DNA of 63,066 nt, the filler included, from Salisapilia sapeloensis CBS 127946 (lineage: Eukaryota; Protista; Oomycota), in the NCBI GenBank assembly GCA_023334545.1. It is 6 parts of 6 records of this genome, joined end to end, with 100 filler letters (N's around TTAATTAATTAA, not from the genome) between each part and the next. Parts side by side here need not be neighbours in the genome. Positions count along the whole stretch, not along the records: positions 47,634 to 59,817 come from JAADVB010000416.1; 5 more parts are not named here. One strand, 5' to 3'. Below are positions 47,634-55,774 of this stretch, piece after piece. Each line of letters begins with the position of its first letter. Position 1 is the first letter of the stretch. Made by a program: the position numbers and the translations under genes. Below the pieces are notes generated by a model, which saw only the letters and a program-made list of their open reading frames with translations, did not search any database and was not told where the DNA came from.

Positions 47634-47832
47634 ATTCTTCGCGAAGCGTCAATTGGTGACGCTCTTCTCTGCGCCCAACTACTGCGGCGAGTTCGACAAT
47701 GCCGGCGCGATGATGTCGGTGGACGAGACGCTCATGTGTTCGTTCCAGATCCTAAAGCCCGCGGAGAAAAAGCAACGCTATGCGTACAATGGCCTAGGTG
47801 CCCAGCGTGGAGCGACGCCACCCCGAAAGTAA
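47634..47832 (+). CDS. PPP1C: Serine/threonine protein phosphatase 1 catalytic subunit, C-terminal fragment (not in ORF track)
   Basis: [46 protein letters not shown]...GATPPRK*, the signature PP1 C-terminus. 5' part lost in the gap. Confidence 0.95.
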
Positions 47833-47975
47833 AGTCGAGAGTAGGAATGTCGTAAGATGATGAAAGAGCTTTTTATAGAGACATCTATGAAGAGATACGA
47901 GTTCAAAAGTTAGGAAGAATAAGAGCATGCCATTTATTTCCTTTGTCGTGACGGAACGTGTTTGCAGTGCTTGGA

Positions 47976-48893
47976 CTAGGAAGTGGATTGGATAGAGTCC
48001 GCCGACTGGGCAAATGTCGCACACTTCACTGTGTTCACTAGGAGCATGGCGATGGTCATGGGGCCAATGCCGCCTGGCACGGGCGTGATGGCCGACGCCC
48101 TCTCGCTGGCAGACGCAAAATGAACATCTCCACACACTCGGTATCCCTTCTTCGAATCAGCATCGTCGACGTAGTTCATACCGACATCCACGACCACTGC
48201 ACCTGGCTGGAGCCAGTCACCTGGAATGAATTCTGGTGCTCCAGCGGCGACCACGACGATGTCGGCTCTAGCGACTTTTTCGTAGAGGTCTTTGGTAGAG
48301 GTATGACAAGTGGTCACAGTGGCGTTTCGTCGGAGCATGAGGAGGCTGAGAGGGAGACCAACGAGCTGGCTTCTTCCAATCACTACGACGTCCTTGCCTT
48401 CGATGTCGACGTTGTTTCGGTCCAAAAGCTCAAGGCAGCCTGCTGGGGTGCAAGGCTGGAGGTACAATTTGCTGGAGCTGGACTGTGCAGTTGCGACGGG
48501 TTTCTTGCCGAGCTGAGCAAAGTGCGTAGCGTGAAGGGCATCCACGTCCTTCCAGGTGACCACAGACTCCAAGAGCTCTTCCTCATGCTCATGAAGGTCC
48601 CCTGGAAGAGGCAGTTGGAGGAGGATTCCATGGACGGAAGAGTCGGTATTCAGCTTTACGATCAACGAATGAACGTCCTCAAAGGACGAGGAGGCAGGAA
48701 GCTCATGCACATCAGGCGTAATGCCAACTCGATTGCACGCATTTTTCTTCAGCCGAATGTACGTCTTCGACGCTTGGTCGTCTCCTACTAGCACTAGAGA
48801 TACTTTGGGCGGAGAAGGTAGTGCAGCAATGCTCTCCTTTAGCTCTGCCTCAATTTCCTTGCTGCATGCCTTGCCATCCAGTAGTCGAGCCAT
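47976..48893 (-). CDS. folD: Bifunctional methylene-THF dehydrogenase/methenyl-THF cyclohydrolase
   Basis: LVGDDQASKTYIRLKKNAC (YxxxK), GILLQLPLP, KDVD, PCTPAG, VVIGRS, VDVGMN, ITPVPGGIGPMTIAML. Confidence 0.95.
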   Translation of the reverse strand: MARLLDGKACSKEIEAELKESIAALPSPPKVSLVLVGDDQASKTYIRLKKNACNRVGITPDVHELPASSSFEDVHSLIVKLNTDSSVHGILLQLPLPGDLHEHEEELLESVVTWKDVDALHATHFAQLGKKPVATAQSSSSKLYLQPCTPAGCLELLDRNNVDIEGKDVVVIGRSQLVGLPLSLLMLRRNATVTTCHTSTKDLYEKVARADIVVVAAGAPEFIPGDWLQPGAVVVDVGMNYVDDADSKKGYRVCGDVHFASASERASAITPVPGGIGPMTIAMLLVNTVKCATFAQSADSIQSTS

Positions 48894-48991
48894 GACGCAA
48901 TTTGAATATGGAGGTTATGCCCTTTCGTTCCACAAAAGTTTTCCGACAACAGTAAAAACGATATATGTACCGCCAATTACTCCTCATAAGT

Positions 48992-51900
48992 CTACCACTT
49001 TCCAATGTACGTCCGCAGCAGTTTGTCGTCAATGCTAGGGCACTCGATGCCGGCGTGTTTTAGCAATCCATCGGCAATCGACGCATCGAACACCATGTCG
49101 TTCTGCAAATACACTTCAAACGCATCCAGTCCGGCTGCCAGTCGCTGTCCTTCGAGACTCTCGTCTGCCATGCTCAAGATCGTCTCTTTCCACTTTTGAT
49201 ACTCGACCTTCTCTAAGCTCTTGGCGTTCTCGACCTTTTCTTTTCCAGCTGCAATCAACTCGTCAAAGAATGCAGCACCGTCGATGGGTTCCACTGGGTT
49301 CTGCATGTGCAGCGTCTGGCCTAGAGACGCCGTGGGGACTTGCGCTGCAAAGTGCGTCACGGCTCTAGCTGCAAAGTCCACTGGCGTCATGTCAAATCGC
49401 CAATCCGGTCGATCGGGCACCATTCCAGCGCTCCAGCAGCCTCTTAAGAGTAGGTAGATAAAGTCGCTTTCGTTCCATGCTCCCGTGACGGACGACGGCG
49501 CCATGTTGCCTGGACGTAGAATCGATACAGGCAACCCTCTCTGCGCTGCCTCGCGACACATGGACTCTGCAACCCACTTACTCTGCGCATATCCATTGTC
49601 CAACTGTTCCCAGCTATTAGTCAAGTCCGCAGTCTCCTTGAGCACTTTGTTAGGGAAAGTGGACGGGAAGACTCCGTTCGTCGAGATGTAGTGCACAGGC
49701 TTCACGCGCGTCTTGGCCAGACCATTCGTGACAGCTAGACGCAGCACTTCTTGGGTGCCGAGGACGTTGGAGCTCTTCAAAGAGGCGTATGGCTTGACCA
49801 GGTTCACGTCAGCTCCGCAGTGGATGATAGCGTCCACCTCCATTGCCAGCATCTTGAACGTGTCGTTTCCCAAGCCGAGCAAAGGCTGGGCCAAGTCACC
49901 AGCTAACGGCACGATACGATCCTCCACGTCATGGTCCGCTAGCTCCTTATACAGTTTATACTTTTGAAGCGTCTGGCGAAGACGCTTGCCAACGTCTTCA
50001 CCATTCGCTCCTCGAGCCACGCAATACACCATCACGTGCGTTGACTTGATCAGTTCGTGCAGGACGTGGATACCGAGGAAGCCCGTGGCACCAGTCAGAA
50101 GTAACGTACGTGGCGGCTTACCCACCATCTCAACACGGTAGCGAGAGTACCCTGCTTTTCTCGTTGCGGCTGGGTAGATAGACATGTCTAGAGCTGCTTC
50201 TAGCGGAAGTACCAGTTGGGATCCATTTTCCTCCGCTTCCGGTTCGTGCGTTAGCTTACTGTCGATCTTGGCTGCAATCTTCTCCAGCTCCGGACCGGAC
50301 AAGACGTCTGCCAGCGTGAAGTTGACGCCGAACGTGTCTTTGATGCTCGAGACCAAGCGTGCTGACAAGAGACTGTGGCCGCCCGCCTCGAAGAAACTCT
50401 TGTGCCGATGTAGCCCTGCTTTACTCTTCAGGCGCAGCAGATCGACCCAGATGTCTAGCAGCTTGTGTTCCGTAGCAGTCTGCGGCTGAGATTCGGCATC
50501 CACCGTGGCATCCATGGACTCGTTACGCAGTTTGACGGCTTCTTCCACTGACGGAATCTGCTTTCTGTCGAGCTTTCCACTGGCGTTGTTGATCGGAAGA
50601 GCATCGAGCTGGACAAAGACGGACGGAATGGCGTAGTGCGGCAGTCTCGAGCTGAGAAAGTCACGAAGCTTGGCACTACTGGGCACACGCTCCCAGTCAC
50701 CTGGAACAATGTACGCGACGAGTCTCTTATCAGATCCTTCGTCTCCCTCCGTCAAGACCACTGCGGTTGACACGAGAGGGTGCTGCGCCAACGCACTTTC
50801 TACAGCGCCCAACACGACGCTGTACCCTCGGATCTTGACCATAAAGTCACATCGGCCGATGAGCTCTAGCGAGCCATTCGGCAGGAAACGAGCACGGTCG
50901 CCAGTCTTGTACACGAGTTCGCCTCGGACAATGTCGCGACGGAACCGTTCGGCTGTCTGCTCTGGACGATTCAAGTAGCCGATTGCGAGACAAGGGCCTC
51001 CAATGTAGAGTTCTCCCGGGACACCGATGGTCACTTGTTCTAACTTGTCGTCCAGAATGTACGCCTTGACATTCGGCATGACGTGACCACAGGATGCGTA
51101 CTTGCCAGTAAGTGCGACGTCCAAAGGGTTCATGTGCGCCAAGTCGACGGTGCACACGTCATGACATTCCGACACACTATAGAGGTTCTGGAGCTCACAG
51201 TCTGGTAGTAGGCGCATGAACCTCTGTCGCAACTCCATCGTCACGACTTCGCCACACAAAAAGACGATTCGAAGAGATGCAAGTTGCCTTTTCAAGTCCT
51301 CTTCTTCACACGTGTCAAGAACAAGCTGCAGTAAGGATGGAGTGAAGAGCACACGGGTGATATGGTGGTCCAGCATGTACTGCGCCACCTGCGCTGGATC
51401 GTAGATGGTGTTGTCTGGAATCACGTACGTCGTACGATTGCCTAGTATCGGACGCAAGAGTTCCCACACAAAGAAGACATGGCACGCTTCTCGTTCATTC
51501 TCTCCATATGGGAGGTTGGTCAGACGCCAGTGATACGAGTGGACTGCTCCTCTATGCGGACAGCAAATACCCTTCGGCACGCCAGTCGTACCGGAGGACA
51601 TGACAACGTATGCTAGATCATCCGGGTGTGTCTTAATACGGTCCGCAGGCATGACCGGGATCTTTTTTTTCTCCAGTCCGTCCATCCACCCTTCGTCCAT
51701 GCACAGCGTTTCTTGCCATGCTGGAAGACGAGAGCGATAGAGCTGCTTGGTGAGAATCGTAATCGGTTTGGATTCTTCCATGACTCTTTCGAGAAGATCT
51801 GGCGGATACACGATCTCGAGGGGCATGTAGGCTCCACCAGCCTTGAGAGCTGCGACGTATGCGATGACGAATTCGAGGCAGTGGTCCATGAAGATACCCG

Positions 51901-52924
51901 TGATCGTATTCGGACGAACACCAGCAGCGTAGAGGTAGTCTGCAAGTCGCTCGCTTTGGACATCCAGTTCCCCAAATGTAAGCGATTTGTCTTCGTAGAC
52001 CACAGCAGTCGCGTTCGGAGAGCGCTTTACGGCTTCATAGAAAAGGTCATGGAGACACTTGTCGCTAGGGTAGGATGCAGTAGCAGCGTTCCAGTCGTTA
52101 ATTTTAGTCTTGCTTTCAATCGCATTGCGTGCGAGGAGAGACTCGAGTTTGGATGACATGGACGATAGAAATGCTGTTTCGCTCTCTTGCGTCAGGTAGA
52201 AGTGCCCACCTTGGAATATCTCCATCTCAAAACCTACACTGCAGTCGGTCGAGTGCAAGTGCTTCCAATTTTCCAGGCCTTGTTGAGGAACAGAGGCGTC
52301 GGTATCTCCACCATAGACAGACAGGCCGATCGTATCCAAGCAGATAGTGTCTTTCTTGGTTTGCAGTGACTTGGAGACTGCATTATGAAGCTTGAGATCG
52401 TTGCGGAGCTTTTTTAGTACTTCCTGACGCTTGGAGGCAACCTCCAAGATGCCGGCGGGCGTCCCATTCCAGTCACGCAGTAGCTTGACGAGCTTTTCCT
52501 CACTCTGCAGCGTTGCAGAGTCGAATATGTCGCTTCCACCCATTGGATTTGATCCAGATAGGAAGAGGTGCATTGGAAGAGCCAAGCCTTTGGACTGGAG
52601 ATGGTCCAGCAGAGCGACGGCAGTCAACGCACCCAGTGAATGGCCAAACACAACGTACGGTTTATCAAAGAACCCAGTGCTCATACAGCCCATAGCCTTT
52701 TGCAACCACAAGTCTAAGTCGACTGAGTCCGTTTCATTCGTGTCGGACGCCCACTCCCAATCCAAACTCCACGTTTCGATGGGCACGTGGGCCGACGTAA
52801 GATGCTGGTGCCAATCTTCGGCGAAAGATGCTGCAAAGCTGCCGGCAGGAGGGAGGACAAGAAGCCTCAACGGTGCTTCTTCAACTTCTTCCACTCGGTG
52901 GAACTTCATGCGCGTCTGAACCAT
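48992..52924 (-). CDS. NRPS-like enzyme, domain order TE-A-T-R (thioesterase, adenylation, carrier protein, thioester reductase); ATRR/carboxylate-reductase-like
   Basis: TE: VFGHSLG, GGDTD, FQGGHFYL. A: YVVMSSGTTGVPKG, GELYIGGPCLAIGYLNRP, YKTGDRAR, GRCDFMVKIRGY, NASGKLDRK. T: FFEAGGHSLLS. R: LLTGATGFLG, IIHCGADVN, GYAQSKWVAE, RPGNM. Intronless, 1310 aa. Domain calls are well supported; substrate is not known. Confidence 0.92.
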   Translation of the reverse strand: MVQTRMKFHRVEEVEEAPLRLLVLPPAGSFAASFAEDWHQHLTSAHVPIETWSLDWEWASDTNETDSVDLDLWLQKAMGCMSTGFFDKPYVVFGHSLGALTAVALLDHLQSKGLALPMHLFLSGSNPMGGSDIFDSATLQSEEKLVKLLRDWNGTPAGILEVASKRQEVLKKLRNDLKLHNAVSKSLQTKKDTICLDTIGLSVYGGDTDASVPQQGLENWKHLHSTDCSVGFEMEIFQGGHFYLTQESETAFLSSMSSKLESLLARNAIESKTKINDWNAATASYPSDKCLHDLFYEAVKRSPNATAVVYEDKSLTFGELDVQSERLADYLYAAGVRPNTITGIFMDHCLEFVIAYVAALKAGGAYMPLEIVYPPDLLERVMEESKPITILTKQLYRSRLPAWQETLCMDEGWMDGLEKKKIPVMPADRIKTHPDDLAYVVMSSGTTGVPKGICCPHRGAVHSYHWRLTNLPYGENEREACHVFFVWELLRPILGNRTTYVIPDNTIYDPAQVAQYMLDHHITRVLFTPSLLQLVLDTCEEEDLKRQLASLRIVFLCGEVVTMELRQRFMRLLPDCELQNLYSVSECHDVCTVDLAHMNPLDVALTGKYASCGHVMPNVKAYILDDKLEQVTIGVPGELYIGGPCLAIGYLNRPEQTAERFRRDIVRGELVYKTGDRARFLPNGSLELIGRCDFMVKIRGYSVVLGAVESALAQHPLVSTAVVLTEGDEGSDKRLVAYIVPGDWERVPSSAKLRDFLSSRLPHYAIPSVFVQLDALPINNASGKLDRKQIPSVEEAVKLRNESMDATVDAESQPQTATEHKLLDIWVDLLRLKSKAGLHRHKSFFEAGGHSLLSARLVSSIKDTFGVNFTLADVLSGPELEKIAAKIDSKLTHEPEAEENGSQLVLPLEAALDMSIYPAATRKAGYSRYRVEMVGKPPRTLLLTGATGFLGIHVLHELIKSTHVMVYCVARGANGEDVGKRLRQTLQKYKLYKELADHDVEDRIVPLAGDLAQPLLGLGNDTFKMLAMEVDAIIHCGADVNLVKPYASLKSSNVLGTQEVLRLAVTNGLAKTRVKPVHYISTNGVFPSTFPNKVLKETADLTNSWEQLDNGYAQSKWVAESMCREAAQRGLPVSILRPGNMAPSSVTGAWNESDFIYLLLRGCWSAGMVPDRPDWRFDMTPVDFAARAVTHFAAQVPTASLGQTLHMQNPVEPIDGAAFFDELIAAGKEKVENAKSLEKVEYQKWKETILSMADESLEGQRLAAGLDAFEVYLQNDMVFDASIADGLLKHAGIECPSIDDKLLRTYIGKW

Positions 52925-53201
52925 GGTCTAGCGGATGGAGGGATCTGTCGCTCCCGCCGGTCGATTTCGTTATGATCTGATACGATGCAGATCAAGTTTC
53001 ACAAAATACCACACACTAGAAGATGGCTACATGTCGGAACGAATTGCATCGCTTGGAATAGACATTCTTGGCGTCTATTCTTAGTTTCTTTCTAGGGTGA
53101 GAGCTCGAGTACGATAGACTGGGCGAGCATCGGCATGGTATGTTCATGTTCTCTATCTTTTTTAAGGATATACGTGTTGGAATTGCATTTAACTTCTTTT
53201 T

Positions 53202-54923
53202 ATGAAGGAAGCGAATAGTACGCCTATAGATGGAGGGAATGAGTCGCCTCGGCACTCGGAAGCATCATTTTACGCCAGCGAGATATACGAATCGGAGTTT
53301 GAAGAAGAGGGAGAGACGACTATCACTAGGAAGTCTAGTCTATCATCTCCCACTAAGGCGGATGACCAAGATGTAGTCTTGGGTTCCGACGACAAAGCAA
53401 TGGCTATAGAAGAGAGTGAAAGCATACAACGTTTGAATACACCACGGCGCTCACTTCCATTTCTATCCAAGCTACCTAGTGTCAGCGAGAAAGAATATTT
53501 TAACCTTGAATCCAAGGAAGACTCGATGCAGGACCGAGATAGTGATGCAGAAACAAATGCATCGAGCAATCCAACACGGAAAGAGTCGCAGCCAGATGAA
53601 GGTCTACCACATGAGATTAGTCCACAGACTAATCAATCGGAGTCGCAACTGTTGAGCCCATCAAGCATCAGCGAATTGCATGAAGAGGTGTCCGTATCTC
53701 GAGAAGAAGCATTGGACGATAAACATAGTGGGATACTAAAGAAAGACGCGAGCGTACATGTAGATGCTGCTGGAACTACTGAAGTAAAGGACGCTTCACT
53801 GGAGGGAGAAATTGTCGAGGCTGATGACAAAAATCTGACGGATAGCACCTCAGCAGCTGTTATCATTGGGGATGGTAACTTGGCGAAAGTTGAAGGCATA
53901 TCGATGTCAAAGTCAAACACGGCAAGTGAACAAACGAATGAACACGTCGAAAAGAGAATGCAATTCAAGATGGATGAAAATGTCGAGGAAGGTTCAAAAC
54001 CACCGATTTGTCGTCATCAGACACCGCGATTCGTCGAGACTAAAGAAGATAACGCTACTCGCTCATCCGTCGGAAAAGGAAATCACCACCAAAGTAAAGA
54101 CGCGATGGAAGACCACAGTTCTACTACTCTAGCACCTATCTTCCCAACGAAACACCCACCTACTAGAAATTTACCGCATAAAAGTTCTGCATCTCGATCT
54201 CCAAGTAAGGTTTCGTCGGGAAGCACTTACGATGAATATCAACTTCCTCCGCGAAAGCCAGAAGTATTTAAGCAAAAAGGTACGAAGAGTCCTACGAAGC
54301 CTATCAAAGCCCAGCCGCCTGCTCGAGGGCCCAGCAACATCCAGATGCATCTAGAGAAGGCAACTGAGGAACAGCGACGATGGCTATTCTTTAACATGTT
54401 TCGCCACGGACAAACCTTGGACAAGTACGAAGAGTTTGTACCGAAAGAGATTGCACTAGCGAATTCTACACTTTTACCAATGAAGAACCAGGGAGTACAT
54501 AAAGAAGCAGTTCCACCTGGAGAGAGGCAACGAATGACGAAAGCTTACAGTGGTGGGAGGGGGCGGAAACTTTTGAATGGTCATACTGTACAGCATGGCC
54601 AACAGTGGATCGAACCGAAGCCGCATGACTCTGCGCTGTCTACTTATGACTCGATCCTTGACAAGTATTGTAAAACCGTGACGAGTCCTACAATCCAGCG
54701 TCAAATTTATAAAGCACGAGAAACAGATTTGTCTCCGCAACAGGCGTATGTCCTACAGCAACGTGTCGAGCGTGAATGGAGACGAGGGAATGGAAATAGC
54801 TTTGGTGGCGTTAGCTCTTCTTACACGACAGCGATTGTCCCTTTGCCACCAACGAAATCAGCATCTCGACGACCAAGCAGACCACATACATCCAACAGGC
54901 GAGAAAATGTGAATAAAAAGTAG
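53202..54923 (+). CDS. Hypothetical protein, mostly disordered with a short folded-looking C-terminal region
   Basis: 573-aa ORF, acidic Ser/Glu-rich N-terminus; C-terminal segment ATEEQRRWLFFNMFRHGQTLDKYEEFVP. No family recognised. Confidence 0.7.
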   Translation: MKEANSTPIDGGNESPRHSEASFYASEIYESEFEEEGETTITRKSSLSSPTKADDQDVVLGSDDKAMAIEESESIQRLNTPRRSLPFLSKLPSVSEKEYFNLESKEDSMQDRDSDAETNASSNPTRKESQPDEGLPHEISPQTNQSESQLLSPSSISELHEEVSVSREEALDDKHSGILKKDASVHVDAAGTTEVKDASLEGEIVEADDKNLTDSTSAAVIIGDGNLAKVEGISMSKSNTASEQTNEHVEKRMQFKMDENVEEGSKPPICRHQTPRFVETKEDNATRSSVGKGNHHQSKDAMEDHSSTTLAPIFPTKHPPTRNLPHKSSASRSPSKVSSGSTYDEYQLPPRKPEVFKQKGTKSPTKPIKAQPPARGPSNIQMHLEKATEEQRRWLFFNMFRHGQTLDKYEEFVPKEIALANSTLLPMKNQGVHKEAVPPGERQRMTKAYSGGRGRKLLNGHTVQHGQQWIEPKPHDSALSTYDSILDKYCKTVTSPTIQRQIYKARETDLSPQQAYVLQQRVEREWRRGNGNSFGGVSSSYTTAIVPLPPTKSASRRPSRPHTSNRRENVNKK

Positions 54924-55774
54924 CTCGATGTTGCTTGAAAACGATATGAGTTGCTCTTGACTTGAAAACACGGAGAAACGCTAAATGTACCTTTCATTTC
55001 CGTATGCTTCATAGTATTGGAGTGGGAACTATACTTCTGCGTGTGTGCATGCATCTGCATTTTGCATGGGGTGCAGAATGCGAACCGTGCAAGTGTTTAT
55101 ACTCTTTAAAGGAATACATAGTACAGAATAGCATCTACGTTACGATTACCAACTTATGATTTTGCGTTCAAATACACCTCCGTTCTGCTGATGGAAACTT
55201 CTGCAGGGCGAGTCGAAACTAATGGCATACCACTATGATTTTAAAGACTAAATTCCCTTCCAATTTTGACGCTGCAATGAGATATAGGATAGATGATGAT
55301 GGAATGGTAATCTGGACTATTTTCCATCAGTTCGTTTCAAATTCAATGAACGTTTCATTTACACATTCCAGGCTCTTGATGAACTATACTGAGTATGAGC
55401 GATTTAGCAGAGGAGCTTCGACAAACGAAGCGCGAATTGAACAATGCTCGAAAGTTGATTCACATTCAAGATGCAGAGATAAAGGCATTAAAGGATTCAG
55501 TCCAAAAGCTACAAGCACCACCGAGGGTAATAGACTATTGTATATTCTTGATGATGCTTTAATACAAGAAGAGACTTTTTGTTAACCATCCAATACATTC
55601 ACTAGATGCGTCACGCTGACTGTAGAGAGAGCTCACAAAGTACTCGACGGAGTAGGTAATTCAGAAGATTTCTATTAGAAACCTTAATTTTGATCTCACT
55701 TTTCACCTCATCGTAGAAAACAAATCGGTCTACTACATGATGGACTGAATCGAAGAGAGATAGAAGCTTGTAGG

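Noticed and set aside
48992-52924. Calling the NRPS-like gene Lys2 (alpha-aminoadipate reductase)
   Set aside because: Oomycetes are known to make lysine by the DAP pathway. The A4/A5 motifs are ATRR-like, and the N-terminus is a thioesterase rather than the Lys2 N-terminal domain. Automated annotation may still use this name.
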